Made by a program: the position numbers and the translations under genes
Shown: piece after piece, positions 8,581 to 16,468 of the stretch
How positions within the stretch are numbered: the first letter of the stretch is position 1
Layout: the number at the start of each line of letters is the position of its first letter
IMG/VR virus record: IMGVR_UViG_3300022661_000031
Length of the DNA: 39,322 nt
From: a virus
Strand: one strand, 5' to 3'
Notes under the pieces: generated by a model
Seen by the model: the letters and a program-made list of their open reading frames with translations, nothing else
What the model was told of the DNA's origin: nothing
Databases searched by the model: none

Positions 8581-9690
8581 ATGAATTTGATCATCCTCGA
8601 CCAGAACTTCGACACGCTGGGCGTCGTCAGCGTGTTCAATACCCTCATCTGGGACCGCCGGTATTATGCCTCGGGCCTTTTTGAATTACACACTCCCGCC
8701 GAGTTTTTCGCGCTGATGAACACCGGCCGCTATCTCTACCGGAACGACCGGGACGAGCTGGGCGTGATCCGCGAGGTCAACTTCGCGAGAGACGCCAAGG
8801 GCGCCCGGACGGCCTACTGCAAGGGCTACTTCTCCGAGGAGCTCCTGAACGGCCGCGTGCTCAACACGCAGATCAGCCTCACCGGCACGCCGGAGGTCAT
8901 CGGCCGGAAGATGGTGGACCGCTACGTGATCAACCCGACCGACGCCGACCGGAAGATCCCCCAGGTCAAACTGGGCGAGCTGAAGGGCATCGGCACGAGC
9001 GTCACGGTCACGGCCACCGGCGACAACCTGGGCGACAAGCTCTACGAGATAGAGAAGACCCAGGAGCTCAGCCACCGGCTGCGCTACGACTACCTGAACA
9101 ACGACCTCATCTTCGAGGTGTGGAAGGGCAAGGACAGAACGGACGACCAGACGGAGAACAGCTGGGCCATCTTCTCGGATAGCTTCTACAACGTCAAGAA
9201 CGCCGTCTACGACCGGGACGAGTCCGAGTATAAGAACTTCGCCTACGTCGCCGGCGAGGGAGAAGGCTCCGCCCGTGTCATCGTGGAGGTGGATCTCCGC
9301 AGCAGTGCGGACGAGGAGCGTCGGGAGCTCTACGTGGACGCCCGGGATCTCCAGAGCACCTACCAGGACGACGCCGGCAACGAGCACACGTACACGGCCG
9401 ACCAGTACAGGGCGCTGCTCCGTCAGCGTGGTCTGGAGAAGCTGGCCGAGTACCAGAAGATCGAGACCGTCAACAGCGACGTGGATCCCAACGCCAACCT
9501 GACCTATGGCGTGGACTTCGACCTGGGCGACCTCTGCACCTACCGCTACGCAGACGTCGGCATCGAGACCACCAAGCGGATCACCGAGATCCAGGAGGTC
9601 TACGAGGGCAGCAAGCAGACCCTCTCCGTCGTCTTCGGCAATGACCAGATGACCAGCATCACGAAAATCATCCAAAGGGAGGTATTTTAA
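8581..9690 (+). CDS. Tail-associated protein (Sipho Gp37-like / Tal)
   Basis: 369 aa. N-terminus MNLIILDQNFDTLGVVSVFNTLIWDRRYYASGLFELH resembles the Gp37-like tail family, as recalled from memory. Confidence 0.6.
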   Translation: MNLIILDQNFDTLGVVSVFNTLIWDRRYYASGLFELHTPAEFFALMNTGRYLYRNDRDELGVIREVNFARDAKGARTAYCKGYFSEELLNGRVLNTQISLTGTPEVIGRKMVDRYVINPTDADRKIPQVKLGELKGIGTSVTVTATGDNLGDKLYEIEKTQELSHRLRYDYLNNDLIFEVWKGKDRTDDQTENSWAIFSDSFYNVKNAVYDRDESEYKNFAYVAGEGEGSARVIVEVDLRSSADEERRELYVDARDLQSTYQDDAGNEHTYTADQYRALLRQRGLEKLAEYQKIETVNSDVDPNANLTYGVDFDLGDLCTYRYADVGIETTKRITEIQEVYEGSKQTLSVVFGNDQMTSITKIIQREVF

Positions 9691-9691
9691 C

Positions 9692-10669
9692 ATGGCCATG
9701 AGATACGGCTATTTTGACTCGGAGATCACCGGCGTGGACTCCGAGGGTATGCCTATTTTTGACAGAGCAGAGACGTCGGAACTGTTCCGCCTGCTCTTTT
9801 CCAAACTGCTGACCAATGGCGTGCTGGCCAAGCCTGCCGACTGCTTCAAAGTCGTGGCAGGCGACACCGGCCTGAGCGTTACGGTCCGCCCTGGCTTCGG
9901 CCTGATCAACGGCGCCTTCGCCTACGATCCCGCCCCTGCCACCTTCCAGCTGGCCGCAGCTCCCACGAGCTACAGCCGCATCGACCGCGTCGTGCTGCGC
10001 TGCAACTACCTGGAGCGCCTCTGCGAGATCATCGTGAAGACCGGCACGGCAGCGGCAACGCCCCAGGCTCCGGAGCTCATCCAGCCCGTCAGCGGCGACT
10101 ACTACGAGCTGGGCCTGGCGAATGTGACGATCAGCGCCAACCAGACCGTCATCACCCAGAGCTCCATCAGCGACACCCGCCCCAACAGCGCAGTCTGCGG
10201 CTACATCACCCAGTTCATCGACAGCATCGACACCGAGGCCTTCTATGACCAGTTCAATGCCTTCTATGCTGAATTTGTGGCCAAGTCCAACGCCAGCTAC
10301 TCCCAGTTCGAGCAGATGGCCAGGGCAGCCTATGACGGCTACACGGCCGCCATCGACGAGTACATCGAGGCGCTGGAGAACAAGGGCAACGCAGACCTGA
10401 CCGCCATCACGGAGGATCTGAAAGAGTTCCAGCGCACCAGCCAGAACGCCTTCAATGAGTGGTTTGCCACCGTGCAGGGCCTTCTGGACGAGGACGTGGC
10501 CGGCGAGCTCATCAACAAGACGAGCAACCTGGACGAGCGCCTGACCGCGCTGGAGTACATGATCATCCACAACGATCTGTTCACTCACATCGTTGACGAT
10601 GACGGCAACCCGATCCTGGACGACGATGGCAACGCGATCATCGGCGACTGGAAATATAAAACCGCATAA
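9692..10669 (+). CDS. Tail fibre / baseplate upper protein-like structural protein
   Basis: 325 aa with RBS agggagg. Contains a coiled-coil middle region and a C-terminal DDDGNPILDDDGNAIIGDW repeat. Synteny supports the call. Confidence 0.5.
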   Translation: MAMRYGYFDSEITGVDSEGMPIFDRAETSELFRLLFSKLLTNGVLAKPADCFKVVAGDTGLSVTVRPGFGLINGAFAYDPAPATFQLAAAPTSYSRIDRVVLRCNYLERLCEIIVKTGTAAATPQAPELIQPVSGDYYELGLANVTISANQTVITQSSISDTRPNSAVCGYITQFIDSIDTEAFYDQFNAFYAEFVAKSNASYSQFEQMARAAYDGYTAAIDEYIEALENKGNADLTAITEDLKEFQRTSQNAFNEWFATVQGLLDEDVAGELINKTSNLDERLTALEYMIIHNDLFTHIVDDDGNPILDDDGNAIIGDWKYKTA

Positions 10670-10680
10670 GGAGGAACATT

Positions 10681-11652
10681 ATGCAGATTGACGTAACAAA
10701 CGGCAAACGCTTCACCGAGTACGACGCGCTGGCTGCCGTGGCCAGCGAGGAGGACGTTCTCCTGGTACGACTCGCAGACGGCACAGGCGTCAAGAGGATC
10801 CCCCTCAGCGCCATCAAGGCCTTCATCAACGGAGACCTGACCACGCTGGAGACTGAGGACCAGACCAGCCTGATCGCCGCCATCAATGAAGTCCTCGGCC
10901 TGGCAGGCACCAACGCCGACGACATCAAAGCCCTGAAGGGGCTGACCGCAATGCTCGGCCAGACCGGTGCATCCAGAGCCAACTCCTTCATCTACGAGCA
11001 CAGCCTCGGCACCAGCTTCACCGCCGAGCAGTCCGCCGACATCCGTGCCGGCAAGTTCGAGCTGGTCCGCACCGGCGGCTACTGGACCATCAACGGCCGC
11101 AAATACTGGGCCGCCCATGCAGACTACCGTCTGAACTGCGGCGACACAGCGCTGACCACTCACCATATGCTGGTCATCCCCGACAAGTCCTTCTATAACC
11201 ACGTTATGAACGACGCCAACGACACGACCGGCTCCTACTACGGCAGCAAGATGAAGACCTCCGGCCTGGCTGATGCTCTGGCCACCATCAAGGCCGACTT
11301 CGGCGCGGATCACATCCTGACCCACAGGATCATCCTGCCCAACGCTGTCAGCAACGGCGCCAGCTCCGGCTGGGCGTGGTACGACAGCCAGATCGACCTG
11401 ATGAACGAGAAGATGGTCTACGGCTCCCACGCATGGGGTGGCGGCTCCCAGAACGGCTACGACACCGGCATCGACAAGAGCCAGCTGGCTCTGTTCCAGG
11501 CACGCCCGGACCTGATCACGAACAGAGAGAACTGGTGGCTGAGAGACGTCCAGTCCGCGGCGCCTTTCTGCGGTGTCTCCGGCCACGGCGGTGCCTACTC
11601 CTGGGCCGCCTCGACCTCCATCGGCGTCCGCCCGGCTTTCCTGATCTATTGA
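10681..11652 (+). CDS. DGR target protein 1: tail fibre / receptor-binding protein with a C-terminal variable region
   Basis: 323 aa. The C-terminus WWLRDVQSAAPFCGVSGHGGAYSWAASTSIGVRPAFLIY is encoded by VR1. Confidence 0.85.
   Translation: MQIDVTNGKRFTEYDALAAVASEEDVLLVRLADGTGVKRIPLSAIKAFINGDLTTLETEDQTSLIAAINEVLGLAGTNADDIKALKGLTAMLGQTGASRANSFIYEHSLGTSFTAEQSADIRAGKFELVRTGGYWTINGRKYWAAHADYRLNCGDTALTTHHMLVIPDKSFYNHVMNDANDTTGSYYGSKMKTSGLADALATIKADFGADHILTHRIILPNAVSNGASSGWAWYDSQIDLMNEKMVYGSHAWGGGSQNGYDTGIDKSQLALFQARPDLITNRENWWLRDVQSAAPFCGVSGHGGAYSWAASTSIGVRPAFLIY
11547..11640 (+). repeat. DGR variable region VR1
   Basis: 94 bp, aligns without gaps to TR 12265-12358. 19 mismatches, all at TR adenines. 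Confidence 0.9.
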
Positions 11653-11660
11653 TCAAAAAT

Positions 11661-11681
11661 CCCGGCCCCTTGTGGGCCGGG
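11661..11681 (+). promoter_or_regulatory. GC hairpin downstream of VR1 (candidate DGR target-recognition structure)
   Basis: Stem cccggccc / gggccggg with loop cttgt, starting 21 nt after the VR end. No U-run follows it. Confidence 0.6.
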
Positions 11682-11708
11682 TAAATCTAATCAAGGAGAT
11701 AAGATAGC

Positions 11709-12236
11709 GTGTCAGACATCCCTAAAAGTAAACGGGCCCATTCTAATCTGGAAGCGCACCACCAGGCTCTCGCAGTCCGTCGGATGATCTCCGTGGAGCT
11801 GCTCAGCAGCTTCGCCTACAGCGAGAAGAAGCTGGAGGCGGCCATCAAGAAGCAGACCGCGCACATCCAGGACCCGGAGCACAAGAAGGACGTCGCCGAG
11901 GCCATCCGCAGCCTGGAGAACGACTACGCCTGCTGGTTTATCAAGAGACACCGCGACCGAGTGGACGATCTCGCCTGCGCCATCGCTCAGCACATCAGGG
12001 CGGCCAATACCATCTGGCCCTCCTACCGTGTCGAGTACCTGGACAGACGCGACGAGCTCAACCAGGCGCTGAAGTGCTGCAACCAGCTCCAGGACGAGCT
12101 CCAGTACATCGCCGAGGCGCTGCCGGCTGACAAAAACCGGTATATGAACATCGTGCTCGAAGTCGAGAAGCTGTTCAACATGGTGAAGAAGCTCCGGCAG
12201 TCCGACAACCGCTTCCTGAAGCACCTGAAAGATTAA
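11709..12236 (+). CDS. avd: DGR accessory variability determinant (Avd-like helical bundle protein)
   Basis: 175 aa, basic and helical, with a GTG start 10 nt after aaggag. Lies between the target gene and TR, as in canonical DGRs. Confidence 0.6.
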   Translation: MSDIPKSKRAHSNLEAHHQALAVRRMISVELLSSFAYSEKKLEAAIKKQTAHIQDPEHKKDVAEAIRSLENDYACWFIKRHRDRVDDLACAIAQHIRAANTIWPSYRVEYLDRRDELNQALKCCNQLQDELQYIAEALPADKNRYMNIVLEVEKLFNMVKKLRQSDNRFLKHLKD

Positions 12237-12264
12237 CACCCTATAGGGTGGCCTCTGTTTGTGC

Positions 12265-12358
12265 CGTCCAGTCCGCGACGAATTTCTGCAATGTCAACAA
12301 CAACGGCAATGCCAACAACTGGAACGCCTCGAACTCCATCGGCGTCCGCCCGGATTTC
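12265..12358 (+). repeat. DGR template repeat (TR)
   Basis: 94 bp containing 24 adenines, many in AAC codons (would translate ...NFCNVNNNGNANNWNASNS...). It is the A-rich parent of VR1 and VR2. Confidence 0.9.
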
Positions 12359-12496
12359 ACAACCGCACTACATTCTACGGGCAAGCTCCCGCGTGCGGCT
12401 ATGGGAAAGGAGAGGCCATCCGTCCAGCGGGATCAGCTGGTAAATGCTAACCAGGACGCTCCCGGTTACGACCGATGGGGCTATCGCGTGGTTTTT

Positions 12497-13798
12497 ATGA
12501 ATGTATTTTATGATGCAAATTTAATATACGACGCCGGCACCAAGGCCATGAAAAGCAGCAAATTCAAACGCAGCACGCAGATGTTCGAGATGACGCAGCT
12601 CCTCACCACGGCCCACATCCGGCGCGACTTTATGAGCGGAGACTACCGCCCAGACCCCGGGAACAAGTTCCCGATCAACGAGCGCGGGCATCAGCGCTTT
12701 ATCACCAGCAACACCATGGTGGACAAGACCGTCAACCACCTCTTTTGTGACGAGGTCCTGACGCCGGCGATCAGCAAGTACCTGATCTACGACAACGGCG
12801 CCTCGCAGAAGGACAAGGGCGTGGCCTTCCACCGCCGGCGCTTCGAGGCTCACCTGCACCAGTATTACATGGAGCACGGATCCAACGAGGGCTACATCCT
12901 GCTGGTGGACTATTCTGGCTATTATGCCAACATCCCGCACGACAAGTGCATCGAGGTCCTCGACTACTTTCTGGAGCGCGAGGTCGAAGATCCGGAGACG
13001 CTGCTGATCTCTGAGATGCTGACGCGCCTGATCTTCAAGACCTTCGAGCAGGACGTCTCCCGCTTCTCCGACGAGGAGATCGCGGCCATGATGGCCGGCA
13101 AGGTCAACCCGATGCTCAACTGCGGCGTGGATCCGGAGCTGCTGACCGGCGAGAAGATGCTCAGGAAGGGCGTGGACATAGGCTCGCAGCCTTCCCAGAA
13201 CATCGGCATCATCTACCCGTACCGGGTGGACAACTATGCCAAGATCGTCAGAGGCATCAAACACTACGCCCGCTACACCGACGACTTCTATGCGGTCTCA
13301 GACTCCAAGGAGTTCCTGGTGAGCGTGCTGGAAGGCTTCAGGAAGGAGGCGGCAGAGTATGGGCTGATCATCAACGAAAAGAAGACCCGGATCGTGAAGC
13401 TCTCCTCTCAGTTCAGACACCTGCAGGTGTGCTACTCACTGACGGAGTCCGGCCGCCTGATCCGGAAGATCCACCCGAAGAACATCACCCGGGAACGCCG
13501 GAAGCTGAAGGCGTACAAGCGCCTGCTGGACGCCGGCCGGATCGACTACCCAACCGTCGAGAACTCGTTCAAGTCCTGGCTGGGCAGTCACTACAAAATT
13601 ATGTCACACGACCAAATCTACAACATGAGCAGCCTCTACTATGAGCTGTTCGGAAGGAGACCAAAATGGAAAAAAGGACATGGAAGATTACACTGGCTGA
13701 TGGCACATCCCTCGACGGCCTCGACCTCAACGGGAACAACTTCATCAGCTCCACCGCTGTCACCGAGGACACCTTCGCCGGCAAACTCTCCAGCGTGA
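12497..13798 (+). CDS. DGR reverse transcriptase
   Basis: Start MNVFYDANL. Contains the catalytic motif RYTDDFYAV and the DGR-type motif IGSQPSQNIG. Lies immediately downstream of TR. Confidence 0.85.
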   Translation: MNVFYDANLIYDAGTKAMKSSKFKRSTQMFEMTQLLTTAHIRRDFMSGDYRPDPGNKFPINERGHQRFITSNTMVDKTVNHLFCDEVLTPAISKYLIYDNGASQKDKGVAFHRRRFEAHLHQYYMEHGSNEGYILLVDYSGYYANIPHDKCIEVLDYFLEREVEDPETLLISEMLTRLIFKTFEQDVSRFSDEEIAAMMAGKVNPMLNCGVDPELLTGEKMLRKGVDIGSQPSQNIGIIYPYRVDNYAKIVRGIKHYARYTDDFYAVSDSKEFLVSVLEGFRKEAAEYGLIINEKKTRIVKLSSQFRHLQVCYSLTESGRLIRKIHPKNITRERRKLKAYKRLLDAGRIDYPTVENSFKSWLGSHYKIMSHDQIYNMSSLYYELFGRRPKWKKGHGRLHWLMAHPSTASTSTGTTSSAPPLSPRTPSPANSPA

Positions 13799-13989
13799 CC
13801 ATCGAGGGGCCCGACGGCACCGAGATCCACGAGGACATGAAGCTGGTGCAGATCACCAAGGTCAGCGCCAAGGCCTACTGGTTTATCCTGGCCGATAAGA
13901 CGGCCGAGGAGAAGCAGAAGGAAGCAACCGACGCCAGGATGGCAGAAATGGAGCAGGCCATGAAGGCACTGCTCACAGGGGAGGTATAA
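13666..13989 (+). CDS. Hypothetical protein
   Basis: 107 aa with RBS aaggag. Overlaps the RT 3' end by 133 nt. Confidence 0.6.
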   Translation: MEKRTWKITLADGTSLDGLDLNGNNFISSTAVTEDTFAGKLSSVTIEGPDGTEIHEDMKLVQITKVSAKAYWFILADKTAEEKQKEATDARMAEMEQAMKALLTGEV

Positions 13990-13993
13990 CACT

Positions 13994-14431
13994 ATGAACA
14001 TGACACAGACCGCACTCGAAATGCGTACCGCATTGCAGTATTTTGTGGCCAGCCTGGACGCTGAGACCCAGCTCGACCTGATGCTGGAGATCCCCTCCGT
14101 CTATCCCGCCTACACCGTGGGCAAGGCCTACAAGACGAAGGACGTCTTCTCCTACGGCATCAACGCCGTGGGCGATCCTCAGCTCTACCAGGTATTGCAG
14201 GATCACACCAGCGCCGCCGAGTGGACGCCTGACGCTGCTGTCAGTCTCTACAAGGCCATCGGCGTGACCGAGACCGGCTACCCGGTATGGGTACAGCCTC
14301 TGGGCGCGACTGACGCCTACAACACGGGCGACATCGTCAGCTACAACGACGCCCTCTACATTTCCACCATTGACGGCAATGTGTGGAGCCCCGAAGCATA
14401 CCCGGCAGGCTGGAAGGCCTACGCCGAGTAA
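13994..14431 (+). CDS. Protein with a CBM5/12-like (chitin-binding type 3-like) C-terminal motif
   Basis: The C-terminus WVQPLGATDAYNTGDIVSYNDALYISTIDGNVWSPEAYPAGW fits the W..G...Y..GD.V.YNG..Y....N.W.P pattern. Confidence 0.45.
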   Translation: MNMTQTALEMRTALQYFVASLDAETQLDLMLEIPSVYPAYTVGKAYKTKDVFSYGINAVGDPQLYQVLQDHTSAAEWTPDAAVSLYKAIGVTETGYPVWVQPLGATDAYNTGDIVSYNDALYISTIDGNVWSPEAYPAGWKAYAE

Positions 14432-14456
14432 ATAAAAACAAGGAAGGTACACAAGC

Positions 14457-14897
14457 ATGAAAACTGGAATTTGCACAGCAGTGGGAGTCGTGGGCGGCTT
14501 CATCGCCAACCTTTTCGGAGGCTGGGACGCAGCTCTGACCACGCTCCTGATCTTCATGGGCGTGGACTACGTCACCGGCCTCGTCGTCGCCGGCGTGTTC
14601 CACAAGTCCCAGAAGTCCGCAGACGGCGCCTTGGAGAGTCGCGCCGGCTGGAAGGGCCTCTGCCGTAAAGGCACGACTCTCCTGGTGGTGCTGGTAGCCT
14701 GCCGCCTCGATCTGGTCACGGGCTCCACATTCATCAGAGACGCGACGATCATCGCCTTCATCGCCAACGAGACGCTCAGCATTATCGAGAACGCCGGCCT
14801 GATGGGCGTGCCTATCCCTGCCATCGTGGTGAAAGCCATTGACATCCTGAAACAGAAGGCAGAGGGCGACGCTAACACCAGCCCCGGCAAGGAGTAA
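14457..14897 (+). CDS. Holin (phage holin family 4 / toxin-secretion holin type)
   Basis: 146 aa with several hydrophobic segments, including FMGVDYVTGLVVAG and ANETLSIIENAG. Directly upstream of the endolysin gene. Confidence 0.8.
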   Translation: MKTGICTAVGVVGGFIANLFGGWDAALTTLLIFMGVDYVTGLVVAGVFHKSQKSADGALESRAGWKGLCRKGTTLLVVLVACRLDLVTGSTFIRDATIIAFIANETLSIIENAGLMGVPIPAIVVKAIDILKQKAEGDANTSPGKE

Positions 14898-14900
14898 GCC

Positions 14901-16352
14901 ATGAAGGCGACAGGGTCCTCCACTGAGAGGACCATCTGGAACTATTTCCGCTGCAAAGGTTTCAGCCCGGCCGGTGTGGCCGGGCTGATGGGCAACCTCT
15001 ACGCCGAGAGCGGGCTCAATCCGATAAACCTCCAGAACACCTACGAGAAGCGCCTGGGCCTCACGGACGCCGAGTACACGGCCGCCGTGGACTCCGAGAG
15101 CTACTCCAACTTCGTCCGCGACAGCGCCGGCTACGGCCTCGCGCAGTGGACATACTGGAGCCGCAAGGAGGCCATGCTCAACTACGCCCGGAAGACCGGC
15201 GCGTCCATCGGCGACCTGATGATGCAGCTCGACTTCATGTTCCAGGAGCTGAAGGGCTACGTGGCCGTCTTCCAGGTGCTCCGGACAGCCCGGACCGTGA
15301 AGGAGGCGTCCGACATCGTGCTGACCAAGTACGAGCGCCCGGCCGACATGAGCAACGCCGTCAAGGTAAAGCGGGCCGGCTTCGGCCAGGCATACTATGA
15401 CGCCTACGCAAACACTACAGCAACCCCAGAGAAGGAGGAGATCACCATGAGCAACAGCCCTCTGGTAACGTACACCAACATCACCAAGAACAAGACCAGC
15501 CCCCGCAACCACGCCATCGACACCATCACGATCCACTGCATCGTGGGCCAGTGGACGGCGAAGCAGGGCTGCGACTACTTCGCCACTACCGACCGCGAGT
15601 GCTCCGCCAACTATGTCGTCGGCAAGGATGGCTCCATCGGTCTGTCCGTCGATGAGGCAGATCGCTCCTGGTGCACTTCCAGCCGCGAGAACGACAACCG
15701 CGCCATCACCATCGAAGTCGCCAGCGACACCGAGCACCCCTACGCCGTGACCGACGCAGCCTACGCCGCACTGATCAAGCTGGTGGCCGACATCTGCAAG
15801 CGCAACGGCATCAAGAAGCTGGTCTGGTCCACCAACAAGACCGACCGCGTCAACCACGCCAACGGCTGCAACATGACCGTGCACCGCGACTACGCCAACA
15901 AGGCCTGCCCGGGCCAGTACCTCTACGACCGCCACGGTGCCATCGCTGCGGCCGTCAATGAGATCCTGGGCTCCGGCACTACCCAGGCACCGGAAGCGGC
16001 TCCGGAGCCCGTCCAGGGCTTCCCTGCGACGCCCTTCACTGTCCGCGTCATCATTCCGGATCTGAACTACCGCAAGGGCCCCGGCATGAGCTACGCGGTC
16101 AGAGGCCAGACCGGCAAGGGCGTCTTCACCATCACCGAGGTGCAGGACGGCTGGGGCAAGCTGAAAAGCGGCGCCGGCTGGATCTACCTCGAAAATCCTG
16201 ACTACTGCACCATCCAGGGCGTCGCAGCAAAGCCGGCCGAGCCGGATCCTGCCGACGTGCTGGCGCAGGAGATCGCCGGCAAGGTGAAGGGCTCCGGCCT
16301 GGATCCCGCTGACGTTCTGAACAGGACCAAGAAGATCCTGGGCGTGGCATGA
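14901..16352 (+). CDS. Three-domain endolysin: N-terminal lysozyme-like domain, amidase_2 (PGRP-type) domain, C-terminal SH3-like wall-binding domain
   Basis: GLMGNLYAESGLNP...YGLAQWT at the N-terminus; ITIHC...HRDYANKACPG in the middle; FTITEVQDGWGKLKSGAGWIY at the C-terminus. Confidence 0.85.
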   Translation: MKATGSSTERTIWNYFRCKGFSPAGVAGLMGNLYAESGLNPINLQNTYEKRLGLTDAEYTAAVDSESYSNFVRDSAGYGLAQWTYWSRKEAMLNYARKTGASIGDLMMQLDFMFQELKGYVAVFQVLRTARTVKEASDIVLTKYERPADMSNAVKVKRAGFGQAYYDAYANTTATPEKEEITMSNSPLVTYTNITKNKTSPRNHAIDTITIHCIVGQWTAKQGCDYFATTDRECSANYVVGKDGSIGLSVDEADRSWCTSSRENDNRAITIEVASDTEHPYAVTDAAYAALIKLVADICKRNGIKKLVWSTNKTDRVNHANGCNMTVHRDYANKACPGQYLYDRHGAIAAAVNEILGSGTTQAPEAAPEPVQGFPATPFTVRVIIPDLNYRKGPGMSYAVRGQTGKGVFTITEVQDGWGKLKSGAGWIYLENPDYCTIQGVAAKPAEPDPADVLAQEIAGKVKGSGLDPADVLNRTKKILGVA

Positions 16353-16435
16353 TCGCCCTGATCAGCGTGGCGGCTCTCATATTCCTGGGAGCCTGCTGCG
16401 CTGTCACAACAGCCAGCAAATACATGATAGACTAA
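16349..16435 (+). CDS. 28-aa hydrophobic peptide (possible lysis accessory protein)
   Basis: ATGA overlap with the endolysin stop. Product is MIALISVAALIFLGACCAVTTASKYMID. Confidence 0.3.
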   Translation: MIALISVAALIFLGACCAVTTASKYMID

Positions 16436-16437
16436 GA

Positions 16438-16466
16438 GAGCCCCGGCACCCGCCGGGGCTCTTTTG
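16438..16466. terminator. Terminator hairpin between the lysis genes and the convergent integrase gene
   Basis: Stem gagccccgg / ccggggctc with loop cacccg, followed by ttttgcttt on the + strand. Confidence 0.75.
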
Positions 16467-16468
16467 CT

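Noticed and set aside
12248-12496. N-terminal extension of the RT ORF that contains TR in frame (MASVCAVQSATNFCNVNNNGNANNW...)
   Set aside because: The open frame probably reflects TR retaining the reading frame of the VRs. RT-family conservation begins near MNVFYDANL (12497), and TR is non-coding in known DGRs. A TR-encoded peptide cannot be excluded without proteomics.
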